A stretch of DNA of 64,000 bases from Octopus sinensis (taxonomy: Eukaryota). This document shows, piece by piece, positions 25,770 to 38,630 of this stretch; the first letter of the stretch is position 1, and every line of letters starts with the position of its first letter. A model generated the notes under the pieces. That model ran no database searches. It had not been told where the DNA came from and was given only the letters and a program-made list of their open reading frames with translations. Both the position numbers and the translations under genes were made by a program. The DNA is taken from contig NC_043003.1 of assembly GCF_006345805.1 (NCBI RefSeq), forward strand, positions 64,542,001 through 64,606,000, in the 5' to 3' direction.

Positions 25770-28700
25770 TTCGTCAGGAGGTAAAACCTATGGACGAGCT
25801 CTGTTTAAAAATGAAAATATATCATTGGAAGATGAAAACCATCCAATCACGTAGTGAGAATGCTAAGTACTGTTTTCTGATTCCTTGGGCTTCGTCAGTA
25901 GTATGTATCCACTGCCAACCGCTGCATTCAGCAGTTAATATCCGGTATATCCGGTTAAAATCCGGTATATGCATACAAACCTAAGAGAAAGAAATCTCCG
26001 AAATAAAACCTGAGGTCTTGGAAGTTCCTGGTTTTGTCAATTTTCATGTCACGCCGGCGAAAGTCTTCTTGAGTCAATAGGTGGGGGTAGTGCAGTGCAA
26101 GCTACACCCACTGAAAATTATTCATCTGTACAGGTACTTCCTGTACACCAAATCTTAGTAAAATCATTGAATTGGTTGGCAGAAACCTAAAAATGCACTT
26201 GTAAAATGTCTCAAACAGATTCAGTAAATGGCAAAAAAGGCTTGGGAATGTCAGAGGAACAGGTCAGGCTCGGCAGGTGTCCCAGTGCATCAGAGGCTGG
26301 GCCCGGTCGTCATCCTGCCACTGTGGTCAAACAATCTTCAAGAAAAAGTAGAAATAAGCATCCTTTGAATTTTGGCTGTTGGAATGTGCGCACACTTCTT
26401 GATAATTTCAGCAAGAAGCCAGAAAAATATACTGCACTTATTGCATATGAGCTTAAGAAATATTCCCTTGATATAGTTGCGCTCTCTGAAACTTGTCTCT
26501 CTGGTGAGGGTCAAGTAAATGAACCTATTTATGGATATACTATCTTTGGGAGAGGCCTGCCTAAAGGTCAGCGTAGAGAATCTGGTGTTGGGTTTGCTCT
26601 CAAGAATATATTAGTATTCTCCATTGCAAGTAGGTTTCTTGTCGAATTCTGATGAAACTGTAGGACAGTTTTATGATGATCTAACACAATTATTGAGGAA
26701 AGTACCAATTTCTGACAAGCTGGTCATATTGGGAGACTTCAATGCAAGAGTTGAAAAGGACTACGTTTCATGGCCTGTTTTAGGTCGATGATATAGGAAA
26801 ATGTAATAAAAACGGATTAGCTCTTTTGACGTTTTGTAATGAGAATAATCTGGTTTTCACCAACACACTGTTTAAGTAGAAAAATAAATATAAGACTACC
26901 TGGATGCACCCAAGATCTAAGCACTAGCACCTCATATATAATATTCCGATAAAAAAAAAAACGTGTTATGAAGGGCGTGTCTAGCGTTCGGGCTGTGAGA
27001 TGAGCAGAGAGCTGGACTGACCATCGTCTAGTGCGTGAAAAATAGATTCTTCGATAATGCCTAAAAATAGACAGTCTGGTCCTAAGGTATCCAAAAGGTT
27101 AATTGTTGCAAACTTTAAATTATCAAGCAACTTGCAAAGATTCCAAGATGCTATAGAAAGTATCAATCTTGACCCAAACAATCTATGGGAAGATTTCAAA
27201 ACAAAAGTATTTCAGGCTGCAAGTTCGTCACTTGGATTTAAATCACGTAAGTCCAGTGACTGGTTCTCACATAGATCAGTAGAAATTCATGATCTACTTT
27301 CAGAAAAACAAAACTTAGGCAATACACTTCCTTGGACCCCAACTCAAACGAAGCTTACAGAAAGCTGAAAAGGAAAGTGCAGACTGTTCTAAGGAAAATT
27401 AAACAGGAATGGTGGAATGATAGAGCAAAGGGGGCACAAGAAGCAGCTGATAGAAATGATGTCAAGGGTTTGTACTCTTATGTTAAGGAGGTATATGGCC
27501 CCAAATCTTCTTCAGTGGCTCCAGTGAGAGCAGCAAATGGACGTTTACTTCTGACTGACACCGCTTCTATTCATAAGCGCTGGGTAGAACATTTTTCTGC
27601 ACTTTTGAATAGACCACCATCTACTGAAATGAGGACGATAGAAAAAATCGAACACTTTCCAGTTATAGAAGAGATGGCATTTGAATGGATTGATGCCGTT
27701 GTAGTCTCCTTGTATAAATCGGGACCATAGAATCTGTGTGGTGATTTTCGTGGGATTTCGCTTTTGTCTGTGGCTGGAAAAGTACTTGCCCGCATTTTGT
27801 TAGAACGTTTAAATACCTTCATAGTTTCAAATATATTGTCTGAGTCTCAGTGTGGTTTTCGCTCCTCCGGGGGCACAGCTGATTGTATCTTAACTACCAG
27901 ACAATTACAAGAAAAGTGCATTGAACAGAATCTTGCTCTATACCATTGCTTTGTTAAATTGAGCAAAGCATTCGATACTATTAATCGAAATGCTCTGTAG
28001 CTAACTCTAAAGAAAATAGGTTGCTCAGAAAAATTTATAAACATGATCCGGGCTTTGCATCAAGATATGAAAGCTAGAGTTAACTTTGGTGGGAGGCTTA
28101 CTGAATCTTTTGCCGTGGAAAATGGAGTAAAGCAAGGAGACCTTGATGCACACACGCTCTCTACAATATACTTTGCTGTTGTATTGACATATGCTTTTCA
28201 AAACTCTGAGGAGGGTATTTACATAAAATATCGAACAACAGGGAATGTTTTTAATCTGAACAGACTGAAATTCAAAACGATGGTTTTTACTTCACTCATT
28301 AGGGAACTTTTATACGCTGACGATTGTGATCTTGTCAGTCATTCTGAAACAGGTCTGCAATCTATTGTATCTGCATTTGACTCAGCTTGTGATGATTTTA
28401 ACTTGACCATCAACTTGAAAAAAAAACAGTTGCAATACATCAACCTGCGAGTGATGCTGTTTGTAACCCCACTAAAATGTTTGTTAAGGGTAAGTTACTT
28501 GAGGTTCTCGATTCGTTCATCTATCTTGGAGGCTCTGTACAAAATGATGGAAATATTGATATAGAAATACAGCTGCGAATTCAAAGGGCAGCAAAAGCAT
28601 TTGGTGGTTTGAAATCACGCGTTTGGTGCCAGCGACATATAAATAAAAACACGAAGCTGGCTCTTTACAAATCATTTATCTTACCATCCCTGTTGCATTC

Positions 28701-29530
28701 TTGTGAAACATGGATTTGTTACGAAAGGTATTTTAAATTGTTAGAACAACTCCACCAAAAATACCTTCATTGCAGTTTAAATATTAAATGGAGTTCTTTT
28801 ACTCCAAACACAGATGTCCTTGCATCTGCAGGCATCACCTCAATTAAAGCTATGATTTTGAGGAACCAAATGAGATAGTGTGGCCATATTGTTCGAATGG
28901 CAGCCGAAACAGCTGTTTTATGAACCTGCAGAGGGGAAACGCTATCGGCATAAACCTAAAAAAAGGTTTAAGGTCGGCATAAGGACTACTATGAAGTCCG
29001 TTGGAATGGATCCAGAAGACATAGAAACCCTTGCTCCGGATCGAGCTGGATGGCGAACGAAAGTATGGAGTGGAGTGAAAGCGTTTGAAGAGGTCAGGGT
29101 AACGCATGTAAGACTCAAAAGAGAAAGGAAGAATGTTACAATCGAGAATGTGAATGACAATAACCTTTTGTGTGCACAGTTTGTGACAGACCATGCTTTT
29201 CTTTTGCTGGGCTCAAATCTCATTTGCGAACCCATGGGAAACGAACCTCCACCAACTATTCTGCCTATATGTCTATGCACACCTTTGAATGCAGTGTATG
29301 CCAGAAGGTTTGCAAATCTAACAGAGGCCTCAAAAGACATTTTAAAATCCACAAAGGGCAGCAAAAAGCATTCTGCAGCTCTTGATGGTTCAAATCGGAT
29401 GTACAATATATGTGGGTGTCTTTTCAGAACATTGTCTTGTTTAAAAAGCCACATCAGACGCCATGATGGTTCTAAGGTGTAGGTACAGGAGGTGGTCAAC
29501 TCTGCATAAGGAGTAGACAACCACCATGCA
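25770..29530 (+). mobile_element. Near full-length RTE-clade LINE, inactivated (APE endonuclease, RT, C-terminal C2H2 fingers)
   Basis: WNVRTL...DIVALSET...ESGVGF; LGDFNARV; TTWMHPRSK; RGISLLSVAGKVLARILL; ESQCGFR; SKAFDTINR; GVKQG; LLYADD; F.YLG; many stops, frameshifts and two internal deletions; 5' boundary approximate. Confidence 0.93.
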
Positions 29531-30115
29531 TGTATGTACATGTATGTACATATCGCAAACTAGTCTATCTAGACTCCACTTGTGCGGATACTCTAACAAC
29601 TCTGGATTATTTTGTTATATTTGACTGGAGGCGAAAATGTTGGTGCTGTGCACCACTTTTCAGTGTAATAGATGAGTGTGTGTGTGTAAGCGTATATATA
29701 TATAAACATAGTACGTACATGCGTACTTATATACATTCATACATGTATAGACACATACAAATATGCACACATACACTTGTATACGAAAACGCGCGCGCAT
29801 GAGATAGAGAGAAAGTGAAAGAAAAGTCCTGGAGGTGGAGCTTAAGTAATCCCAGCAATAAAACCAAATCCTATACATTCGGTAAAACAAATAGATTGCA
29901 TTACGTCAAGTTGTCTGTCTGCCTAACGTCTATAGAATACTTTCTCTTTGTATATGCTTTGTCTATCTATTAAATTCAGTGTAGCTCGTTTGTGCACACA
30001 TATCACTTCATGAAAGTGTTGTGTAAATAGGAATCAAAGACGCATACGTTTAATGTGTGAACGTAAAGGCACACACACACACATATACACATATAAATAC
30101 ACACACACACTCACA

Positions 30116-30147
<32 letters not shown>

Positions 30148-30321
30148 TTTACGTATATACCTATGTACACGTACATAAGTGTGTATGTTTGTACGCACAC
30201 ATATATCTGTGAATTGGAGACAGAAGGAGGGAGAAAGAGATCGTCAAGTTTATAAGCATATGCACCACCATCCACCACACACACACACACACACATACAC
30301 ACACATATCATATACATATAA

Positions 30322-31046
30322 AGGTAAAGACTTCTTTCGGTGACGAATGACCATGTAATTGCTGCTAGAAAGTTCCCCTCCGAACACGAGTTCGGGCAAG
30401 GTTGTTTATGAAAGACTATCGGTCACCCATACATATCAGCCTCCCCTCTTCACACCACCAATGTTATCCAAAGGAATGGTAACCGATACAGCTTGGCACC
30501 AGTGACGTCGCAATACATTTCTACAGCCGATTAAACTGGAGCAACGTGAAATAAATTGTCTTGCTCAAGAACATAACACATAAACTGGTTCGAGAATCGA
30601 ACTCATAACCTCACGACTGTAAGCCTGACGCTCTAACTGCTATGTCATGTGCCTTCATTATACATATATGAATGTGTATGTGTGTATGTTTGCTCATGTA
30701 CGTCTATCCATATATTTATTTACACATGTGTATTATATATATATGTTGTTTGTTCCTTCTCGAGCCACGCTTGGCTCATAGGGCCGGTTTCCCGGTTTCC
30801 TTGGCATATAGGTTCCCCACCTAGACGGGACACCGGACCGTCGCAGGTGAGCTGCAAGTTGCAGGATGAAAGAATGAGAGAGAGTTCTGCCAAAAGAGTC
30901 AGCAGAAGTTCGCCATTACCTTCTGCTGGAGCCGCGTGGAGCTTAAATGTTTCGCTCATAAACACAAACATCGCCCGGTCTGAGATTCGAACCCGCGATC
31001 CCTCGACCGCGAGTTCGCTGCGCTAACCACTAGGTCATGTGCTTCC
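30322..31046 (-). mobile_element. Two family-3 SINE copies with different 3' tails
   Basis: tRNA-like heads at ~30570-30656 and ~30960-31046 (minus); the second has the gaaaccgggaaaccggccc tail also seen at 35912-35935. Confidence 0.75.
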
Positions 31047-31369
31047 AGGCATAGACATAGACAAACAAATTTTTGTCTGCGTATGTGAGTGTGTGGAGGG
31101 CGGAATCAAACAAATGCAAGAGAGGACAATATCGTGGCGAAGCACTGAAGCGAAAATGTAACAAACATGTATTTTTACTCGTAAAGTTTTTGTCTTCATA
31201 TTAAAGAACTTCCGGGGGTTAAAATTCAGTTGGCTATTTCGAGTATTAGGGGATTTAGAGACACAAGGCAGCGTGCATACAGAATCGTTAGCGCATCAGA
31301 TAAGATGTTTTGTGTTATTTTCTCCCGAGTCTTTATGTTCTGAGTTCAAATCTATCCGTGGACAAACTC

Positions 31370-31593
31370 TTTACTCTTTCTACTTGTTTCAGTCATTTGA
31401 CTGCGGCCATGCTGGAGCACCGCCTTTAATCGAGCAACTCGACCCCGGGACTTATTCTTTTGTAAGCCCAGTACTTATTCTAACGGTCTCTTTTGCCGAA
31501 CCTCTAAGTAACGGGGACATAAACACACCAGCATCGGTTGTCAAGCAATGCTAGAGGGACAAACACAGACACACAACACACACACGTATATAT

Positions 31594-31636
<43 letters not shown>

Positions 31637-31796
31637 GACGGGCTTCTTTCAGTTTCTGTCTAACAAATCCACTCACAAGGCTTTGGTCGGTCCAAGTCTA
31701 TAGTAGAAGACACTTGCCCAAGATGCCACGCAGTGGGACTGAACCCGGAACCATGTGGTTGGTAAACAAGCTACTTACCACACAGCCACTCCTGCG
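31370..31796 (-). mobile_element. Family-2 SINE, full length, inserted next to a decayed family-1 head
   Basis: Complete consensus on minus strand. Confidence 0.88.
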
Positions 31797-32027
31797 ACAT
31801 CTTTGTTTTTCCTCCACATGAGTTCGAAAAATAAAATCCAGTCAAGTACTAGAGACGTTCTTAGCGACTAAGGCCAATCCTTTAAAATTACTGGCCTTCA
31901 ACCTACATTAGAAACCATTAGATGATCTGAAAATGTCGCCAACTTAAAACACCCTTTAACTGAACACCTTGTGTCTTTCCTTGCTGACTTACAAAAACCT
32001 CTGGAAGAAATTTGTTATTGTTATTCC

Positions 32028-32420
32028 TTACTCTTATTTGTTTCAGTCATTTGACAGCGGCCATGCTGGAGCACTGCCATTAGTCAAGCAAATCGACACC
32101 AGGACTTATTCTTTGTAAGCCTAGTACTTATTCTGTCGGTCTCTTTTGCCGAACCGCTAAGTTACGGGGACGTAAACACATTAGCATCGGTTGTCAAGCG
32201 ATGTTGGGAGGAAGGGTACAAACACAGACACACAAACATATACACACATGCATCAATATACATATACGACGGGCTTCTTTCAGTTTCCTTCTACCAAATC
32301 CACTCGCAAAGCTTTGGTTGGCTCAAGGCTATAGTAGAAGACACTCGCCCAAAGTGCCTCGTAGTGAGACTGAACCTGGGACCATGAGGTTGGTAAGCAA
32401 GCTACTTACCACACCGCCAC
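32028..32420 (-). mobile_element. Family-2 SINE, near full length
   Basis: Consensus match on minus strand. Confidence 0.85.
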
Positions 32421-32512
32421 TCAACGGTCCAGCTTGCTCGAGAAATTAACGTGTAAGTGACTGAGCATCTCCACAGATACCCGCACCATTATCAGGGAGA
32501 TTCAGCACGATA

Positions 32513-32544
<32 letters not shown>

Positions 32545-32551
32545 CATATAT

Positions 32552-32613
<62 letters not shown>

Positions 32614-33096
32614 TATATATATGTATGTATATATATATATATATTCATATGTATGTGTATTTTTCTTTATGTATATATACACACACACAGGAAAAAAGAG
32701 AGAAGCAGAGAGATGGTGTTACAAAAGATGGTGTTGGGAAGAAGTGGAGAAGCAATTAATTTTCTTATAATTATTAGTGCTCTTTCAGTTAGATTCAACT
32801 AACGCTACCTGACCTGTCTGTCCCCTTGTAATTCGAACACTCAACGCAAAGATTTATTCAAAGAATCCAACCATACCACAACAGTGTCAGCAGGAGTTCA
32901 GTGTTTATACTCCAATAATCTAATATAATGGCTTCTTTTTATGTTGGATACACATAACAGACGCACACACATTCACACATGCCTACACACACGAATACGC
33001 TCTCACGCACACAAATGCATACAGAGATAAACATATATAAATTAGTATAATTTAAACAAATATGAGCTAAGAAAAATAACTCAGGGGCCTATTAAA

Positions 33097-33395
33097 CTGG
33101 CATTCGTCGGTTATGACGACGAGGGATTCAGTCGATTCGTTCAACGGTCGAGCTTGCTCGAGAAATTAAACGTGCAAGTGCCTGAGAGTCTCCACAGTCT
33201 CCACCCTTAACGTAGTTCTCAGGGAGATTCAGAATGATATTGGATGTGACAAGGCTCCTGGCCCTTTGAAATACAGGTACTGCTCACTTTTATCGGCTGA
33301 GTGAACTGGAACAATATGAAATAAAGTGTCTTGCCTGAGGACACAATGCGCCGCCGGAAATCGAACTCACAACTTTACGATCAAGAGGCGAATAC
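33097..33395 (-). mobile_element. Family-3 SINE variant (same tail as 53505-53826 and partial 32420-32510)
   Basis: ctggcattcgtcggttatgacgacgaggg...gaaataaagtgtcttg...aatcgaactcacaac. Confidence 0.75.
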
Positions 33396-34437
33396 CCGCC
33401 TTAAGCCGGTGGCATATATTTGAACAACACATACAAACACAGGTATATCAAATAACTTACAACATACATTTTTATTCATTAAAATTATCTCCGCCTCTGG
33501 AGAGTATATTATAATTACCGAATGACAATTAAGATCAGTTCCACTGAGAAGCGGGTATATCAACTGTGAAGAATTCTTGAATCTTGAGATTATCTCACAT
33601 TCTCAAGAGGACCGGGTCTTAGTTGACATTTGCTAATTATACCACATCCTCTAGAAGTGAGAATGTAGAATAATCTAGAAGTGAGGATGCGGAGTAATCA
33701 ATCAAGAATTTATTTATATGGTATGTGTTATACCTGTATCTGTCTATGTTGTTCTATAATTAGCTTACACAGTGAAACTACGAATAATGGAAATATCTAA
33801 ATCGTTGGTTAGAGTTCAGCTAAAAGCATTTCGTTATTTTACGTCTCAAATCTTTGAGTCTCCATTAGATATTCATCATACTAGAACGCAATATCCGGCT
33901 GCAAGAGATCTGAACTGCTGATCACTTGCAGCTGAAACCAGTTATGAGATGTCAGCATACTTCTCTGATTATTTCCCGTGTTCTCCAAACAAAAAGTTTA
34001 GAAGCAAAATATTTAGCAAAACTATAAACAACACGGATATATAAACGTAAGGAAAATAACCAATAGTATAGTTTCTGAATGACTGCTTCCCTTTAACCAC
34101 TTAATTCTTTTGTCTTCCTGTCATCTGTTATCATCTGGAGTCTCGTTTGACATCTTGTTTGCAGCCTAGTCTGACATAATGCCTGAGCTGTAATTATTAT
34201 TTAACCTACGCGTGAACAGTTGCAAAATTGTTCGTACGAAACCATTGGCATCGTATTAACAATACTCAACTATTAAAAACATATGTGTCTTTGTAAATGA
34301 TTTATACATTAAAATGAATGTACATAGTCTATGTATCTAGATAAGACTTCTTGGAAGTGTCCTGCGAAAACTGTAAACAGTTGTTCTCAAATTGAACATA
34401 AGGCTAGCAATTCTAAGAGCTGGTATTAGAAAATACC

Positions 34438-34672
34438 TATTTTTTTTATTACCCACAAGGGGCTAAACATAGAGGGGACAAACAAGGACAGATATTGGTA
34501 TTAAGTCGATTATATCGACCCCAGTGCGAAACTGGTACTTTATTTATCGACCCCGAAAGGATGAAGGGCAAAGTCGACCTCGGCGGAATTTGAACTCAGA
34601 ACGTAACGACAGACAAAATACCGCTAAGCATTTCGCCCGGCGTGCTAACGTTTTTGCCAGCTCGCCGCCTTC
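34438..34672 (-). mobile_element. Family-1 SINE (tail A), full length with 9-bp flanking direct repeat
   Basis: Consensus match; gaaaatacc at 34429-34437 and 34673-34681. Confidence 0.88.
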
Positions 34673-35716
34673 GAAAATACCATCGACCCTAACACTTTAT
34701 TGGTGCTTTATTTTATCGACCCCGAAAGGATAAACAGAAAAGTTGACCTCCTCGGGATTTGAACTAAGAATGTAAACAGCCTGAACTAATACCACAATTT
34801 TTTCCCCGGCGTTCGAACGAATCCTGCTAGCTCCCAGTCTTCGCATAATATTAAAAATAACAGGGAAAATAAGTCAGTAAATGGAGATCTCTTTCATTAT
34901 ATTTGTTTACAGAAATATAAAAGTATGAATTTGAATTTTCCGAAGGAATTGGTAAACTACGGTTTATTTAGGAGAGTATTGTAGTTCGCTTGAAGCATTG
35001 TGTATTGTTTGTAAAGAATAAAAAAGTTTTGAATAGTATAACAATGCACTCTAGTACAAACGATGGGCTATATACCTGTTGTAATTTAGTCCTCCATAGT
35101 CTGATATGATATTTCAGAATAATATTCCTTCTTCAGATATTCTTAGATAGAGTCATAGCAGCGACTCCAGCTATTCTTTACAGTTTATTTATTCTTTACA
35201 GTTTATATATTTTTTCTTTTAGCGCTGAAGAATCAATCTTTATCGGTGATTTCAGAAAGGGTTATTACATTCTGTTATCGTTGGTTGGTATGTTCAGGCG
35301 GCTGTAAGAACATATTTGGAGCTACTTCGACCTCCAAAACACGCACGCGCGCGTATGTTTTTAAAGCCCGTTAACTGTATTCGGCTACCCGATGTCAACA
35401 AAATTATGGATTCAAATGCTACTGGATTTCAGGAATTCCTTCGTGTTCGTGCCGCAGCATGACCACAGCCTTAGGGCTGAAACATGTGAAAGTATATATA
35501 TATATATATAGGAAAAAAGCAACAAGAATGGATCAATATATCGGTAGTATTGTTTCGTACGAGGACATCTTTAATAAAGCTACAAAAATTGCATCCTAGT
35601 TAAGGACCATATTCATGTGAATTCATTAGAACTCCCTTGAATCTCAATTACTTAAACCGAATATATATATATATATATATATCTTAGGAATTAAATACAT
35701 GTTGATATATGTGTGT

Positions 35717-35975
35717 GGAGGTGCGTGGCTTAGTGGTTAGGGTGTCAGCATCATGATCGTAAGTTTGTGGTTTCGATTCCTGGACCGAGCGACGCGTTGT
35801 GTTCTTGAGCAAAACACTTCATTTCACGTTGCTCCAATCCACTCAGCTGGCAAAAATGAATAACGCTGCGATGGACTGGCGTCTCGTCCAGCTGGGGAAC
35901 ACATACACCATAGAAACCGGGAAACCGGGCCCATGAGCCTGGCTAGGCTTTAAAAGGGCGCATTTATTTATTTAT
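35717..35975 (+). mobile_element. Family-3 tRNA SINE with CORE-like and V-domain-like segments
   Basis: A box tggcttagtggt, B box gtttcgattcc, ttcttgagcaaaacactt (CORE-like), gcgatggactggcgtctcgtccag (V-SINE-like), (TTTA)n tail. Confidence 0.78.
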
Positions 35976-36932
35976 TAGATATATGTGTGCGTGTGTATAT
36001 AAATATATCTATCTATATATATATATATGTGTGTGTGTGTGGTGTGTGTTGTGTATAAATGTATTTGTGTGTGTATAAATATATGTGTGTGTGTGTATGC
36101 ATACACACATGCGCGCGCAGTGACCTTCCTCGCGCATACATACAGGCAAGCACACATGCACTCACACATTTGTATGAGCTAGAATTACTGTGGCAAGTGT
36201 CAGTGCGAATAGTTACAGAATATTTATTAGGAAAGGGCGCAAAACTAATTCGCTAGCCAAGACAATTAACTATTCAAACACTACAGATCTCCATTTTAAG
36301 AAATCTAGGCAAATTAATAGCCGTAATTGTTATATGTATTTGAACTAAGAATCAGCGAATGTGATACGTCACTGAACATTTGTAATATCGACTAGTTCAG
36401 CACTGTTCTCTATTAGTCATGTTTATCACCCACTTGTTGATATCTAATGCCATCTCATTCATTCTCGTTCATTTAGACAGACGTCTCCAAACATAACTAG
36501 AAAATAAAGCCTGTACTTAACAGTCGGGACGAAATACAAGAGGATCTATATGTATGTCAAGGAGGTTTTACGACATTTGACCTTCTTTGACCATTGTTGA
36601 TTCACTGATATTTTTTCTTTACATTTATGTCGGTCATGCACTGCAATCATGCTCGGTTACGGCGTTTATATGTTCTAACCGATCATTTCGACCTCGATGC
36701 TTATTTCAGCATTTCTATTTCGATCTTTGTTTTGAAGTAAAGAGGTGAGACACCGTTTACATTGGTATACACAAATACGATTACACGGAAATACCCTCAC
36801 AAATACATTTGCATATTTATATGTGCATACATACACACACACATATACATACATACATACATACATACATACATGTGTATCCCCAACCAAGAATTTTTGA
36901 TGTAATACATGTCCTTGAAGAAGTAGTTGTAC

Positions 36933-37010
36933 GCGGCTGAAGAAGGCCACAGACGCACATTATGCATTGTTATAAATCCGTCTAATAAAGGCCCGAAACA
37001 TATGTACCGC
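36933..37010 (+). ncRNA. Type I hammerhead ribozyme (solo)
   Basis: GCGG-CTGAAGA-AGGCC..AGACG...CGTCT..GGCCC-GAA-AC(ATAT)GT-A-CCGC; first stem II pair is an A-C mismatch. Confidence 0.75.
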
Positions 37011-37114
37011 TGAATCCTTGGCATCATGTTTTTATTTTGATTAATATATATATATATATATACATATATATGTATGTAAGTATATACATACATATATTGC
37101 ATGTACATATAATA

Positions 37115-37510
37115 GGCGTAGGAATGGCTGTGGAGTAAGTAGCTTGCTTCCCAACCACATGGTTCCGGGTTCAGTCCCACTGAGTGGCACCTTGGGCAAG
37201 TGTCTTCTACTATAGCCGCGGGCCAACCAAAGCCTTGTGAGTGGATTTAGTAGACGGAAACTGAAAGACGCCCATCGTATATATGTTTGTATATATATGT
37301 ATGTGTATGTGTGTGTATGTTTGTATGTCTGTGTTTGTCTCCCCAACATCGTTTGACAACCGATGCTGGTGTGTTTACCTCCCCGTAAATTAGCGGTTCG
37401 GCTAAAAGAGACCGATAGGCTTACAAAGAATAAATCATGTGGTCGATTTGCTCGACTAAAGGCGATGCTCCAGCATGGCCACAGTCAAATGACTGAAACA
37501 AGTAAAAGAG
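37115..37510 (+). mobile_element. Family-2 SINE, near full length
   Basis: ggcgtaggaatggctgtggagtaag...aaatgactgaaacaagtaaaagag. Confidence 0.88.
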
Positions 37511-37607
37511 TATACACATACACACACACACATATACGTATATATATAATACTATATATATATATATGTATGGCACACACGCACACATACGAGAGTTAAA
37601 GAATGGA

Positions 37608-37863
37608 GTTCATAGAGAGCGAAACCTCGGAAGTGGTAATTATCCAAGCGAGGTGTATACCGCGGGCTACTCGTCAGGTGAAGGGCATCTTGATTAAATG
37701 AAAGTTTACATTGTTGCAAAGAGGTACATTCTGATTGAGTCTTCTATGTGTTAACATGTACCTCCTTGCGACAATATAAACTTTCATTTAATCAAGATAT
37801 CCTTGGCCTGAAGCGTAGCCTATGGTATACACCTCGCTTGCGAGGTTACGCTCGTTATGAAAC
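37608..37863. mobile_element. Palindromic MITE-like foldback element
   Basis: Arms of ~100 bp (caagcgaggtgtatacc/ggtatacacctcgcttg; atcttgattaaatgaaagttta/taaactttcatttaatcaagat) around a short spacer. Confidence 0.8.
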
Positions 37864-38118
37864 ATATAGTGCGAATCTTATCTACGCCATTTTTTAAACT
37901 CTTGTGTTCTTATTCGCATACTCGACAACCCTGTTTGTCTACAGTGAAATATTAAAAAATGCCTTTTAGATCATCATACTTCGATACGAAAAATCTGCCT
38001 CAATACCTTTCGCCTCAATAAAGCACTATTTTTTCTGATGCTGTCTTTTTATATTTACTACGGATTGCTTGAAGCTAACTTACTTTCAACACCTCGGTCA
38101 TAGGATTATATATATATA

Positions 38119-38630
38119 CTAGCAGTATCGCCCGGCGTTGCTCGGGTTTGTAAGGGAAATAACTATATAAGCATTTTTAGAGAGTTACTTTCCTTATAGA
38201 TGCCAATTCGGGCTTTCTTAGCCATTTCTGTTTTGGTGTCTTCAAGCCATGAAGTCGTTGTTCTAAAAGAACGCTAGTCTCCTTGACAACGCTTTACGAC
38301 GTTGATTTCCTTATACTCCCTTCACCACAGCTTCACGAGGGAGGGAAGAAGGGGAGAAGCAAACAGGTGCAGGTGTGACCGTGGACGCCAACTCCGCCGC
38401 CATCGACACACGAAAAATTATGCATTAAAATGGAATAAAAAATGATGTTAAGTTATTTTTAAAATCGTAGACTCATCGTAGACGCGCGCTAATACTCAGA
38501 CGGGCTCGATATGAATCACGACTATAAGATACCCGAATTTGGTTAAGCTGCACCGCAAAATGTGGGAGTAGTTAGGAATCTAAATCGAAGGGGACAGACA
38601 CTCACACAACTACAGTTTTATATATATAGA
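38119..38630 (-). mobile_element. Non-autonomous Helitron, copy 1
   Basis: 5' TC, 3' CTAG preceded by GC-rich hairpin cccgagcaacgccggg. Confidence 0.88.

Noticed and set aside
25700-26200. HDV-like ribozyme expected at some RTE 5' ends
   Set aside because: I could not identify the nested double pseudoknot by eye; it would need a descriptor search.
35095-35145. Minus-strand CTGAAGA-AGGAATATTATTCT-GAAA motif
   Set aside because: No stem I can be formed around any cleavage triplet; likely chance in AT-rich DNA.
35223-35287. Possible small plus-strand exon (pyrimidine tract-AG ... GTATGT; AEESIFIGDFRKGYYILLSLV)
   Set aside because: No recognisable protein family and no partner exons; splice-like signals are common by chance.
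35717-35790. tRNA gene calls for SINE heads (also at 749, 5489, 37115 and others)
   Set aside because: A and B boxes are present, but there is no cloverleaf or terminator and they run into SINE bodies.
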